A DNA stretch of 64,000 bases from an uncultured Gammaproteobacteria bacterium (lineage in GTDB: Bacteria; Patescibacteriota; Patescibacteriia; Magasanikbacterales; GWA2-37-8): NCBI GenBank assembly GCA_964596525.1, contig CAZQUL010000001.1:268830-332829 (forward strand), written 5' to 3'. The translations under genes were made by a program, and so were the position numbers. Below the pieces are notes generated by a model, which was not told the origin of the DNA, ran no database searches, and saw only the letters and a program-made list of their open reading frames with translations. This document shows, one piece after another, positions 50,321 to 60,530 of this stretch; position 1 is the first letter of the stretch, and each line of letters starts with the position of its first letter.

Positions 50321-51412
50321 ATGGAAACCATTCTTTTGGGTGCCGCAATCGCCGTTCTTCTCCTTATGGCGATCATGCTCTTTCTCGTGTACCGCAAACT
50401 TTCCGCGCCGGTCGAAGATGACACTTCGGTTTTTGTGCTTTTACAAAACCAGCTCACCGAACTCTCACGTACTGTAGACCAAAAAATTACGGCCACGCAC
50501 GTGACGCTCGAAAAATCGCTCGGTGAAACGCAGCAGAGCCTTAACCGAACCATCCAAACTCACTTCGGTCAAAGCGCCAAAATCATTGCCGACGTGACCG
50601 GTCGGCTCACTAAAATCGACGAAACTAACCGTCAGGTGATGGGATTTGCCGAGCAGTTGCAGAGCCTGGAGAATTTGCTCCAGAGTCCAAAACAGCGCGG
50701 TATTTTGGGTGAATATTATCTAGAAACAGTGCTCAAAAATGTTCTACCGCCCGGGAGTTTTGCTTTACAGCATGCTTTCTCCGACGGCACCATCGTTGAC
50801 GCAGCTGTTTTTGTGCGCGATAAAATCATTCCTATCGACTCCAAGTTCAGCCTGGAAAACTACAACCGCGCTATCGAAGAAACCGATCTAGAACGTCGTG
50901 CTGAGTTTGAAGACGCATTCAAGAACGACCTTAAAAAACGCATCGATGAAACGAGCAAATACATCAAACCTGCCGAAGGCACCCTCGATTTCGCCTTCAT
51001 GTTCATTCCGGCCGAAGGCATTTACTACGATCTTCTCATCAATAAAGTCGGCGCGCTTAAAGTAAATACTGCCGCGCTCATCGAATACGCTTTTCGCGAC
51101 AAACGCGTCATTATCGTCTCGCCCACGTCGTTTCTTGCCTATTTGCAAACTGTGCTGCAAGGCCTCAAAGCCCTTCAGATCGAAGAGTCTACCAAAGAAA
51201 TTCGCAAGCGCGTGGAAGATCTGGGTCGGCATCTAGCTGCGTATGACGAATACTTTAAAAAGCTCGGTAATAACCTCGCTACCACGGTCAATAGTTACAA
51301 TACGGCCTACAAAGAGCTCGGTAAAATCGACAAAGACGTGGTACGCATTACTGCCGGCGAAAAAAGTATTGAAGCGCTTGCGCTCGAACGGCCGCTGTCT
51401 AACGAAGATTAA
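50321..51412 (+). CDS. rmuC: RmuC-family protein
   Basis: KQRGILGE, PIDSKF, KYI, DFAFMFIPAE, VSPT. Confidence 0.92.
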   Translation: METILLGAAIAVLLLMAIMLFLVYRKLSAPVEDDTSVFVLLQNQLTELSRTVDQKITATHVTLEKSLGETQQSLNRTIQTHFGQSAKIIADVTGRLTKIDETNRQVMGFAEQLQSLENLLQSPKQRGILGEYYLETVLKNVLPPGSFALQHAFSDGTIVDAAVFVRDKIIPIDSKFSLENYNRAIEETDLERRAEFEDAFKNDLKKRIDETSKYIKPAEGTLDFAFMFIPAEGIYYDLLINKVGALKVNTAALIEYAFRDKRVIIVSPTSFLAYLQTVLQGLKALQIEESTKEIRKRVEDLGRHLAAYDEYFKKLGNNLATTVNSYNTAYKELGKIDKDVVRITAGEKSIEALALERPLSNED

Positions 51413-51432
51413 CCTGTCCCCTTTTTGTCTTT

Positions 51433-52656
51433 ATGTCCTATTCCCGTCATTACCCGATCATTATTGCTGGTACCGGCCTTGGTGGTTTCAAGGCGCTTAC
51501 TACGCTTATCAAACTTCTTAAACGATCTCATCGTAGCGAAACTATTCTCGTTATCAACGCGACCAATTATTTCACGTTTGTGCCGATGCTGCACGAAGTG
51601 GCGACCGCTTCGGTAGAGGCCGAACATCTCACTGTGCCGATCCGCGAAATGCTTCGCGGCACGCCCCATCGTTTTTTGGAAGCGACCGTTCAAAGCATCG
51701 ATCCAACCACGCAGACCGTTACGACCTCTGAGGGAACCTTTGCATACGATTACGCTATCGTCGGGTTGGGTAGCGGCGTGAATTATTTCGGTACGCCGGG
51801 TGCAGCCGAATTTTCGTGTAACGTGCGCACGCTTTCTGCTGCACAACATACTGAGCATGTCTTTTTGAGCTTGCTCGAAAAGGAGCGTGAGCGAGTGGCA
51901 GTCACGATTGTCGGTGGTGGGTACACGGGTGTCGAAGTAGCCGGCCAGTTCGCCGATTGGGCGCGTGGTGATCTAAAGAGGCTTTACCCGCGCACCACGG
52001 TCAGCGTTACCGTGGTTGAGTCGAATCCGCGCATACTGAATGGCTTGCCCGAGAAGATCCAGACACTCGTAACGCGCCGTTTAGAACGGATGGGCGTCGC
52101 TATCCGCACTAGCGCCCAGGTAGCCGAAGTCAAGAAAGAAGAAGTTGTTCTTAAAGACGGCGCAGTCATCCCGACAGACATGACTGTCTGGTCTGCAGGT
52201 GTTGGTAATGTGGGGCCGCGCTTTTTTGCCGAAAATCTTACCGAAAAAGGTCGTTTGCCGGTTGATGAGTTTTTACGCCACAAGCAATTCCCCACGCTCT
52301 ATGTCGTTGGTGATTTGGCGCTTGGTTTTAATCGTGGCGCTACCACGCCGTTCCCCCCTTTAGGCGAAGTGGCGTATCACGAAGGGCAGTACGCGGCTCG
52401 TCATTTAGCTGCGACACTTAAGGAAAAAGCCTCGCTGCGGCCGTTTTCATTCGTATCGAAGGGGCTCCTCATGCCGGTCGGTGATTGGTATGGTGTTGCT
52501 AAAATCGGTCCGTTGATCTGGCAGGGTCGCTTAGCGTGGTGGTTGCGCCGCACGGTGTATCTTATGTATATGCCACGTTTGTCGCGTAAAATTCGTATCG
52601 CCATCGACTGGACACTGCATTGCTTGAGCGTTCGTTCGGGAAATTTGTTCCGATAA
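51433..52656 (+). CDS. ndh: Type II NADH dehydrogenase-like flavoprotein
   Basis: GTGLGG, FVPMLHEVATA, VGGGYTGVEVAG, VVGD. Confidence 0.88.
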   Translation: MSYSRHYPIIIAGTGLGGFKALTTLIKLLKRSHRSETILVINATNYFTFVPMLHEVATASVEAEHLTVPIREMLRGTPHRFLEATVQSIDPTTQTVTTSEGTFAYDYAIVGLGSGVNYFGTPGAAEFSCNVRTLSAAQHTEHVFLSLLEKERERVAVTIVGGGYTGVEVAGQFADWARGDLKRLYPRTTVSVTVVESNPRILNGLPEKIQTLVTRRLERMGVAIRTSAQVAEVKKEEVVLKDGAVIPTDMTVWSAGVGNVGPRFFAENLTEKGRLPVDEFLRHKQFPTLYVVGDLALGFNRGATTPFPPLGEVAYHEGQYAARHLAATLKEKASLRPFSFVSKGLLMPVGDWYGVAKIGPLIWQGRLAWWLRRTVYLMYMPRLSRKIRIAIDWTLHCLSVRSGNLFR

Positions 52657-52706
52657 CTTTGACAGTACTGATGATGTTAGGCATACTCCCTACACGGAGG
52701 TTGTGC

Positions 52707-53648
52707 ATGACACTGACCGCTCAGTCCCCGAAGCTCACCATTCCGGTTACGGTCTTCGCAGCGATTAAGGGCAAAAAAAACGTGGAAGAGCGCATTTGCT
52801 GCGCGCTTGAGCAGGAACAACCGCTGGATACCCTCTTGTATCTTACGGATGTATATCTCACTGCGCCGCAACTCAAACGGGCCGAAGAATGGGAAAAGGC
52901 ATGGCGAGGTTTTGTCGATAATCCCACGTCCGCCCGCACCAAAAAAATCTTCGCCAGCATACGAAATATAGCGCGAAATCCAGGCGAGCTTGATCGTTTG
53001 CTTGAACATGCGTGGTGGAAAAAGATGTTCTGCGAGAAATACCCGCTCGCCACACTTTTGGCTGCAACCCCAGAGGCCCGGTATGGACTCATCCGAAAGC
53101 TTATCCAACAAAAAAACTATCTCCTGGCCTGGACCCAGCTCGTCGTACTTTTACCAGAAGAGGTGCGCAGTAGCCCGCCCCCGCCGCCGGTCATGAGAAG
53201 CGGGGTGTGCCAACTCTCAATCGTTACGCCCGCTGTGTTTGAACGCGGTGTACGGCTCTTAGTGAAAATCGTCGAGTGCGACAAAACGTACCAGCAACCA
53301 CTCGCACGCGGACTGCAGCAGGGTAAAGATGCCTACGCGATGGGTTGGGACACAGCCGTATCCGTACTCGGGGAAAAAGCTCGAGTTGATAAACGTCAGC
53401 TGCCGAATAGCCCGCGCAAAGTCGCATTCATCAAAGGGCCGCGCCTCATCGAAGTGATTTTTGAGCTTGATCGTGCCCTACAAGAAGAAGGTTGGCGGCG
53501 CTACGAAGCGAGTGGTAAGGCTAAACTCACGCGATCAGTCGCGGACATTAATGCGGAGAATACCGGCGAGGACGGCGTGAATCACGTAATCATTAGCCGC
53601 ATCCTCAACCGCATCGCCCCCAAGCACGGCGGTCGCGGCCACTACTAG
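52707..53648 (+). CDS. Hypothetical protein
   Basis: GGAGGT SD; TTGACA-17-CATACT promoter; terminator at ~53660-53679. Confidence 0.65.
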   Translation: MTLTAQSPKLTIPVTVFAAIKGKKNVEERICCALEQEQPLDTLLYLTDVYLTAPQLKRAEEWEKAWRGFVDNPTSARTKKIFASIRNIARNPGELDRLLEHAWWKKMFCEKYPLATLLAATPEARYGLIRKLIQQKNYLLAWTQLVVLLPEEVRSSPPPPPVMRSGVCQLSIVTPAVFERGVRLLVKIVECDKTYQQPLARGLQQGKDAYAMGWDTAVSVLGEKARVDKRQLPNSPRKVAFIKGPRLIEVIFELDRALQEEGWRRYEASGKAKLTRSVADINAENTGEDGVNHVIISRILNRIAPKHGGRGHY

Positions 53649-53677
53649 ATCCTTCCTCTAACGCCTCAGGCGTTTTT

Positions 53678-56407
53678 TTATTCCAGTTCGCCCCAGCGGA
53701 AACCCTGTTTCACCTCTACCTTCACGGGTACGCGCAGTTCAACCACGCTCTCCATGGTTTGTTTCATAAGATTCCCGACACCTTCGGCTTCGTCGGGCGG
53801 ACACTCGACCACTAATTCGTCGTGCACTTGCAATAATAGTTTTGGGGATAGAGGACGAAATGTTGATTCTACGCTAAAGCTCGGCGTTTGAGGTTTGAGA
53901 TCGTTCAGCTTTTTTTCCACTTCGATCATCGCGAGCTTCATAATGTCTGCGGCCGTACCTTGGATAGGGTGATTTACGGCCATACGTTCTGCAGCGCTAC
54001 GCACCTGATAGTTGCTCGAAACAAGTTCGGGGATATAGCGACGCCGACCGAAGAGTGTTTCGCAGTACCCTTCTTTGCGCGTAAACTCGAGCGTGCGGTC
54101 GAGATATTCTTTGACACCCTTAAATTCCTCGAAATATTTTTCGATGAATTCTTTGGCTTGCCAATGCGGAATGCCGGCGCGCCAACTGAGTCCGTAGGTA
54201 CCCATGCCGTAGAGTACGCCGAAATTAATTTCTTTGGCAGCGTAGCGCATTTCTTTGGTGACGTCCTCTTGCGCCACGCCATGGATGGCGGCTGCGGTGG
54301 CACGATGAATATCATCGCCCCGTTTGAAAATTTCCATCATTTTTTCGTCACTCGCAAGCGAGGCTACGACACGCAGTTCGATCTGTGAATAGTCGGCTGA
54401 CACCAGAATATTGCCCGGCGCGGCGGTAAACGCGGTACGGATTTCGCGACCAAGGCGGGTGCGCACGGGAATGTTTTGTAGGTTCGGATCCGTGCTTGAG
54501 AGGCGTCCGGTAGCGGCGACCGCCTGGTTAAAAGTGGTGTGGATGCGGTGCGTAATCGGATTAATCAAGGTCGGCAGCACGTCAATGTAGGTGTTTTGCA
54601 GTTTGGTAAGTTCACGGAATTGTTCGATGTAGGGAATGACCGGATGCAGATCGCGCAATTTCTCGAGCGATTCGGCCGAGGTGGAGAGGCCGGTTTTGCC
54701 TTTCTTCACTCCTTCAACCGGAATGGCCAGTTTATCAAAGAGCACGTCGCGCAGTTGGATGGGCGAAGCAATATTAAACTCGGTACCGGTGAGTTCATAG
54801 ACGGTTGCGGTGGTTTTTTTGATGTCCGCTTCCACTTCGGCTGCGATGGCTTTTATTTTTTCAGTATCGAGCGTAATCCCGTTAAGTTCCATGGAAGCCA
54901 AAACAGCAATGAGCGGCATTTCCATTTTTTTGAATAATCCGTAATCATCGATCGCCGCTAGTTCTTTGGCAAGCGCCTCGGCGATTTTATGTACGTACCA
55001 CAGCTCCTCGGCTACGACACGCGTATCCACGCCAAAGAGACTCCCCTGTCCTTCGGGTGCGACAAGTTCTTTGCCGAGCGTTTTAAGTGCGATGCTTGAT
55101 AGATCCGTAGTGCGCGTTCCGGGGTTCAACAAGTAACTCGCGATCATGATGTCGGAAAGGTTGTTCGCGACTTTAATTCCGTGCACGCTCAAATGCTTGA
55201 TGCTCGTTTTGAGGTCATGCCCGATGAATTCCAGTGAAGCGTCAGCGAATATATCAGAGAACCCTGTGATTAGATTTCCGTTAATACTGTACGCCTCGTC
55301 TTTTATGATAACGACGAGGTGCGTTATAGTAGTGGCGAAAAGATTTTCTCCACTCGTGATGATTCTGGCAACGTATTTTTTTTCGGCACGAATTTTTTTC
55401 TTAACCTGCTCTAAATCTTTTTCTGTTGCAACCTCATGAAATAAAAATGTTGGTTTAAGGCTGGTTTTAGAAGTTTTTTTGGATTTATTTTCTTCGGATG
55501 ATGCTCCTGCGCTGCCCAGTTCGGGCAAACGTTTAAGGAGCGAAACGAATTCAAATTTTTGGAATAATTCCATGATGCGTTCGCGTTCGAACGGGCGAAT
55601 GCGGCAGTCTTCCAATGTAAAACTCAAGTCCGGCACGTCGCGGCGGATGGTGGCGAGCTCCCGGCTCATGAGTGCTTTGTCTTTTCCTTCGATAAGTTTT
55701 TTGAGTACGGAGGGTTTAAATTCATCCGCGGCATTCTTTTTTTCTACCGCGTGGTAGAGATCATCGATGGTGCCGTATTTTTTGATGAGTTCGGTTGCGG
55801 TTTTTTCGCCGATACCGGGAACACCTGGAATATTATCCGACACATCGCCGCGCAGCGCTTTATAGTCGATAACATGCTCGGGTCCAAAACCGAAACGTTC
55901 GGTTACGCCGGCCGCATCATATACTACTACATCAGTAATTCCTTTCCGCAGCGTGTACACTTTTACATGATTATCAACAAGCTGCAGCGTATCCATATCA
56001 CCCGTGACGATGAGTGTTGGGATCGATGCTTTGGTGGTTACGGCCGTGATCGTACCGATTACATCGTCGGCTTCAAATCCTTTCTTTTCAAAAATTTTAA
56101 GCCCGAAGGCTTCTACCACTTCGTGCACGAGCGGAATTTGGTCGTAGAGCGATTGGTCGGCTTTGGTGCGCGTACCTTTGTAGTCGGTAAACAGTTCATC
56201 GCGGAACGTGCCGCCAGCCACGTCGAACGTAACGGCGAGGTATGCAGGTTTAAGTTCACGCCACACCTTAAGTAGCATGGAGGTAAAGCCATACACGGCA
56301 TTAACAACTGTGCCGTTTTTGGTAGTCATGGGCGGGAGAGCATGGAACGCGCGATGAACAATGGCATTGCCATCGATAATGACAAAAAGTGGTTGTGAAG
56401 AAGGCAT
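53678..56407 (-). CDS. polA: DNA polymerase I
   Basis: 5'-3' exonuclease (EADDVIG, GDVSDNIPGV), ADYSQIELR, NFGVLYG, QVHDEL. Confidence 0.98.
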   Translation of the reverse strand: MPSSQPLFVIIDGNAIVHRAFHALPPMTTKNGTVVNAVYGFTSMLLKVWRELKPAYLAVTFDVAGGTFRDELFTDYKGTRTKADQSLYDQIPLVHEVVEAFGLKIFEKKGFEADDVIGTITAVTTKASIPTLIVTGDMDTLQLVDNHVKVYTLRKGITDVVVYDAAGVTERFGFGPEHVIDYKALRGDVSDNIPGVPGIGEKTATELIKKYGTIDDLYHAVEKKNAADEFKPSVLKKLIEGKDKALMSRELATIRRDVPDLSFTLEDCRIRPFERERIMELFQKFEFVSLLKRLPELGSAGASSEENKSKKTSKTSLKPTFLFHEVATEKDLEQVKKKIRAEKKYVARIITSGENLFATTITHLVVIIKDEAYSINGNLITGFSDIFADASLEFIGHDLKTSIKHLSVHGIKVANNLSDIMIASYLLNPGTRTTDLSSIALKTLGKELVAPEGQGSLFGVDTRVVAEELWYVHKIAEALAKELAAIDDYGLFKKMEMPLIAVLASMELNGITLDTEKIKAIAAEVEADIKKTTATVYELTGTEFNIASPIQLRDVLFDKLAIPVEGVKKGKTGLSTSAESLEKLRDLHPVIPYIEQFRELTKLQNTYIDVLPTLINPITHRIHTTFNQAVAATGRLSSTDPNLQNIPVRTRLGREIRTAFTAAPGNILVSADYSQIELRVVASLASDEKMMEIFKRGDDIHRATAAAIHGVAQEDVTKEMRYAAKEINFGVLYGMGTYGLSWRAGIPHWQAKEFIEKYFEEFKGVKEYLDRTLEFTRKEGYCETLFGRRRYIPELVSSNYQVRSAAERMAVNHPIQGTAADIMKLAMIEVEKKLNDLKPQTPSFSVESTFRPLSPKLLLQVHDELVVECPPDEAEGVGNLMKQTMESVVELRVPVKVEVKQGFRWGELE

Positions 56408-56553
56408 ATATATGATGTGTTTATCCTAACACAAGCGCCTTGGATTGTCGTTAGTCGTTTGAGTCTTGAGGCGCCTACGTTGACTATGTATGATTTTTAA
56501 GGTAGTACCAAGGTAGTACCATAGTGGGCGCGTACTGCGCCAGGGAGACGGCA

Positions 56554-57360
56554 ATGGCTAAAATGCCTGTTAATTATGAGCGCGGCCGGGTGGTAAAGCT
56601 TGGTTTTCGCAGACCGTACAACCACGGTTTTATCGAAATCGAAGGAAGTAAAGGTTCGGCGACAACCTTCCATATTAATACGGGACGGCAGGTAATTGTG
56701 CGTTCCGACGGCCTGCACCTCGGTAGTTTTCCAAGCGGGGTGCCGCTCATGCCGCGGGTGGGAGATGTTTTGCATTGCGTCACGGCGCCGTACCCAGGTC
56801 GTCCTGGGCAGCGGCGGTGTGTTCTGTGGTGGCGTGCGACCCAGCACGAAAGCGTTCAGCCGTTCGTAGTAGCTGATGCTGCTCGTATGCTTGGCCAGCT
56901 TCAGCTGCTTGTTACGCATTACCAAAGATTCTCCTTTCGCAACCAAGAGCCGCTCTTTCAATCGTTTCATTCGTGGCAAATCGACAAACAGCGCAGCTCA
57001 ATCGCCCGTGGCGTATTTACCCGCGAAGCCCATGAAGATAACGATGGTAACGGTGTTTTGTGGCTATACCCCTGGGGTAAGAGAGCGGCGCGCGTCGATT
57101 TTGTCGGCGCGGAAGCGCAAACCCTTAAGAATGCTAGGTGTTCCGTAGAGCACGTCGAGGGCATCTCGGTTGAGGTCGACGCTCGACGGTATGTGATTAA
57201 CCCTCACGTTCTGCGGCCGGTGAACGAGTTCTATGAACGCTTCTTTAAGCGACATCCCGACACTTTCTGCTGCGGGGAATGGATGCTTGCGTCCAAAGCG
57301 GGACTCGGCACCGCCGCGCAGATGGTTCGGGTTATTTCCGTGATTAGGAGAAATGTGTAG
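56554..57360 (+). CDS. Hypothetical protein, possible N-terminal cold-shock/OB-like fold
   Basis: GRVVK...HGFIE...TFH; GGAG SD. Confidence 0.55.
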   Translation: MAKMPVNYERGRVVKLGFRRPYNHGFIEIEGSKGSATTFHINTGRQVIVRSDGLHLGSFPSGVPLMPRVGDVLHCVTAPYPGRPGQRRCVLWWRATQHESVQPFVVADAARMLGQLQLLVTHYQRFSFRNQEPLFQSFHSWQIDKQRSSIARGVFTREAHEDNDGNGVLWLYPWGKRAARVDFVGAEAQTLKNARCSVEHVEGISVEVDARRYVINPHVLRPVNEFYERFFKRHPDTFCCGEWMLASKAGLGTAAQMVRVISVIRRNV

Positions 57361-57613
57361 CTAACGTTGAAGCAGCTTCCGAGGCTGCTTTTTAAGCTCT
57401 TCTTATTATTGTACATACTACAATAAGTAGTTCTTTCCCCATCACAATCTTGATCGTTCAAAAATGCTTGCCATGCGTATGCTGTTTAACATAGTTCAGT
57501 ATTTGCTATACATCGTATGCAGTTGGTTACCTATTTCTTTTTTCTGACCTTTTATTTTTTAATCAAACAAATCAATGGCACTTCGTAGTTTTAACTTCAT
57601 TTTTTTGATCTAT

Positions 57614-57808
57614 TGTTTCATGTGGAACAGTGCGTATGCTTATACTTTATGGAATATATTGTTTCATGTGAAACAATATATTTATGAGTAATGGTAGAAA
57701 TAGTATCTGCTTCGTCTTTAATTTTCATTCCCCTGTGTAGGTTGCAAGCTGCTTTTTCAAGCGTATCAGTATACTGCAATCCTAATTTTAAATGTTCCAC
57801 ATGAAACA
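57614..57808. promoter_or_regulatory. Three parS sites
   Basis: TGTTTCATGTGGAACA (57614), TGTTTCATGTGAAACA (57660), TGTTCCACATGAAACA (57793) versus consensus TGTTNCACGTGAAACA. Confidence 0.85.
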
Positions 57809-57965
57809 ATTGAAAACTTTATACCCGTGTCTTTTGTCAGTTCTCGGTAAGTAAGATGTTTGTTGTCAGATGAAGGAAAGCATTATTGGCAGGTTTGTTA
57901 TATGTCTTTAGATATATTTAAAGTGCAATAGTATATACCTTTAGAAAACAATGTAAAGCGCACTC

Positions 57966-58084
57966 TTTTCCACAGTTTACCCCTGGTTATCCACAAACAG
58001 TTCAAAGCGCACATCAACATTTTGTATACACTAGTGTATACAAAATTTAGAATAATCACCAGGTTATCAACAGGAGTATCCACA
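57966..58084. promoter_or_regulatory. DnaA-box cluster with a 28-bp palindrome
   Basis: TTTTCCACA 57966, TTATCCACA 57987, TTATCAACA 58064, GTATCCACA 58076; palindrome at 58019-58046. Confidence 0.7.
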
Positions 58085-58193
58085 GAGCGACTTTTGTTTA
58101 TAAAGAACCTGCAGTGCGAATAATCCCCATTAGTTCCTCACTTGTGAAACTTGTCAGTCCCCAGTACTATGAAACCATCTAACACCTCACCGT

Positions 58194-58685
58194 ATGGAAA
58201 CGACACCCTACCATCGTCCTGGCTGGGACGAGTACTTTATGGAAATAGCGCAAGCTGTAGCCAAGCGCGCCACCTGCGACCGGGGTCGCTCCGGTGCGGT
58301 TATTGCTCGTGATAAGCAAATTTTGGTTACCGGCTATGTTGGTGCACCGCGCGGCTTGCCGCACTGCGACAAAGTGGGTCACCAAATGAAAACTGTTACC
58401 CATGAAGATGGCCATGTCACCCAGCACTGCCTGCGCACCACGCACGCCGAGCAAAACGCTATCGTTCAAGCTGCTAAAATGGGTATTTCTATCGAAGATG
58501 GCACGTTATACTGCAAAATGACCCCCTGTTCGACCTGCGCCAAGATGATCATCAACGCCGGAATCGTGCGGGTTGTGTGCGAAAAACGCTACCACGCGGG
58601 CGCTGAATCCGAAGAAATGTTCCGCGAGCTCGGAATCGGGCTCAGCTATTTTGACGAAGGAATCGAGCAGTATGACCGACAATAA
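58194..58685 (+). CDS. dCMP deaminase (ComEB family)
   Basis: RPGWDEYFM, RATC, HAEQNA, PCSTC. Confidence 0.93.
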   Translation: METTPYHRPGWDEYFMEIAQAVAKRATCDRGRSGAVIARDKQILVTGYVGAPRGLPHCDKVGHQMKTVTHEDGHVTQHCLRTTHAEQNAIVQAAKMGISIEDGTLYCKMTPCSTCAKMIINAGIVRVVCEKRYHAGAESEEMFRELGIGLSYFDEGIEQYDRQ

Positions 58686-59235
58686 AAAGGTCATTTTTGG
58701 CTTTACCGGGCGCATGGCCTCGGGCAAGGGCGCGGCAGCCGAGTATTTAGCCGCCCGTCATGGCGCAGCCACATTTCGGTTTTCTACTATATTGCGCGAC
58801 ATCTTAAATCGACTCTTTATTCCAGCCGAACGGCCTGCACTTGTCGGCCTCTCTGAAGCGTTGCGCATCACCTTTGGCCAAGATATTTTAGCCAAAGTCA
58901 TGGCTGAAGATGTTCGTCATGCCGGTGCGCCGATCATTATGGTCGAAGGTATCCGACGACTAGAAGATATAGCCTATCTGCAACGTCTACCGCATTTTGT
59001 CCTGGTGGCTATTGAGGCAGACCTGCGCGTACGCTACGAGCGTCTCAGCGCTCGTCGTGAAAATCCTGATGATGCCACCAAAACGTGGGAGCAGTTTTTG
59101 GCCGACCAAGAACGTCCGACCGAAATCACCATTCCCCCGGTTATGGCTATTGCCACTGAGCGCATCGATAATAATGGAGACCGACATGAACTAGAACGGC
59201 AGCTTGATCTTTTAGTTAAGAAGTATACGACGTAG
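58672..59235 (+). CDS. P-loop nucleotide kinase (dephospho-CoA kinase/dNMP kinase-like)
   Basis: GFTGRMASGKG, VEGIR, IDNNGD; overlaps the deaminase stop. Confidence 0.75.
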   Translation: MTDNKKVIFGFTGRMASGKGAAAEYLAARHGAATFRFSTILRDILNRLFIPAERPALVGLSEALRITFGQDILAKVMAEDVRHAGAPIIMVEGIRRLEDIAYLQRLPHFVLVAIEADLRVRYERLSARRENPDDATKTWEQFLADQERPTEITIPPVMAIATERIDNNGDRHELERQLDLLVKKYTT

Positions 59236-59287
59236 GCGCTTTGAGGTTTTACGCTGATTGTTTGAGATATCTTTACTTACGCCCCCT

Positions 59288-59713
59288 ATGAAAATTAATG
59301 TCAAAAAACTGCATGATCTAGCTAAAATTCCCACTTATGCGCATCCGGGTGATGTGGGGATGGATGTGTATTCACTGGAGGCGTTTACCCTTATACCCGG
59401 CGAGCGCCGTGTAGTACCGCTTGGGTTTGCACTGGAGTTTCCGACCGGTTACGTAGCGCTCGTTAAAGATAAAAGCAGTTTACCGCGCAACCACGGAATC
59501 CACACCATGGGCGGCGTCTTTGATGCAGGGTATCGAGGGGAATACAATGTCCAGCTGATAAACTTGGGTCAAGAGAGTGTAATCATCGAAACCGGCCAGA
59601 AAATTGCCCAAATTCTCATCATGCCCGTCGTTATTGCTGAGCTCCAAGAAGTGTCTGATCTTTCAGATACGGATCGTGGTGTGGGCGCCTTTGGAAGTAC
59701 GGGGGCTTTTTAG
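59288..59713 (+). CDS. dut: dUTP diphosphatase
   Basis: GMD, KSS, GVFDAGYRGE, IAQ, RGVGAFGSTG. Confidence 0.95.
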   Translation: MKINVKKLHDLAKIPTYAHPGDVGMDVYSLEAFTLIPGERRVVPLGFALEFPTGYVALVKDKSSLPRNHGIHTMGGVFDAGYRGEYNVQLINLGQESVIIETGQKIAQILIMPVVIAELQEVSDLSDTDRGVGAFGSTGAF

Positions 59714-59793
59714 GCTAAAACAAGCAATAAAAATAACTTGACACCACGGCATATTTGTGATACTCTAAATTCCGAGTATCAATTAACTTTTTT

Positions 59794-60036
59794 ATGACAA
59801 CATCTACCCCTGATGGTAGTAGTACCATAACTGCCGCGTCCACTGAGAAAAGCGACGACGACCCTTTACCTGCCGAAAAACGCCTGTTCGACACCTTGTT
59901 TGAGTGCGCCCCGGTCACTGTTCAGTATGATGATGAATCGGCCGTGCATCATGCCTTACATCTTGCTGAGGAGCCGGGTTCAAGCGAACGTCTCAAATAC
60001 GATGTCCGCTTCCGCAACCGTTTGGCCTTTCTTTAA
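59794..60036 (+). CDS. Small hypothetical protein
   Basis: First gene after the TTGACA-17-TACTCT promoter (59738-59766). Confidence 0.5.
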   Translation: MTTSTPDGSSTITAASTEKSDDDPLPAEKRLFDTLFECAPVTVQYDDESAVHHALHLAEEPGSSERLKYDVRFRNRLAFL

Positions 60037-60050
60037 TATCTTAAATATCT

Positions 60051-60437
60051 ATGTCGGAGCGCTTTATTGATCCAGGTTTAAAACGTGCTGAAATGGCCAA
60101 AGATCCGTTTGTTGATTCTAAAGGCCCGCAGTTCGCGAGCCGACAAGATTTGGCAGCTGCTGACCGTGAAGCGCAAGCGGCCCGTCCAGTGCGCACCGCG
60201 GATTCAGAAACCGCACTTGATACTGCGCTTGAAGCGCACAATCCCTTTTTAGGCATGGAAGGAACCAAGGCGGAAAATGATGCTGAGCTTTTTAAACAGA
60301 CCGGCGAACAAATGTGGACATCAACTAAAAAACAATCGTACGGTGATACGCCGATTTCTTCTGCTCCGGCGCCTGAGTTTAGAAAAGAGTCATATAAAAA
60401 AAGCGGACCCGAGACGCAGACTAAGAACGCCGCGTAA
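60051..60437 (+). CDS. Hypothetical hydrophilic protein ending KNAA
   Basis: ORF track; T-ATG start. Confidence 0.65.
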   Translation: MSERFIDPGLKRAEMAKDPFVDSKGPQFASRQDLAAADREAQAARPVRTADSETALDTALEAHNPFLGMEGTKAENDAELFKQTGEQMWTSTKKQSYGDTPISSAPAPEFRKESYKKSGPETQTKNAA

Positions 60438-60530
60438 ACCCAACTTTTTGTCTCAACCTCCCTTAGCCGGGAGGTTGAGCGTTTTTATGAGCGCGTGTTA
60501 GACTATAGGTACTATTTTTTACCTTTTTAT

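Noticed and set aside
57361-58193. Second replication origin
   Set aside because: The dnaA-dnaN gap has the box plus trio/AT-rich layout; this region is better explained as parS plus regulatory boxes, though GC skew was not computed
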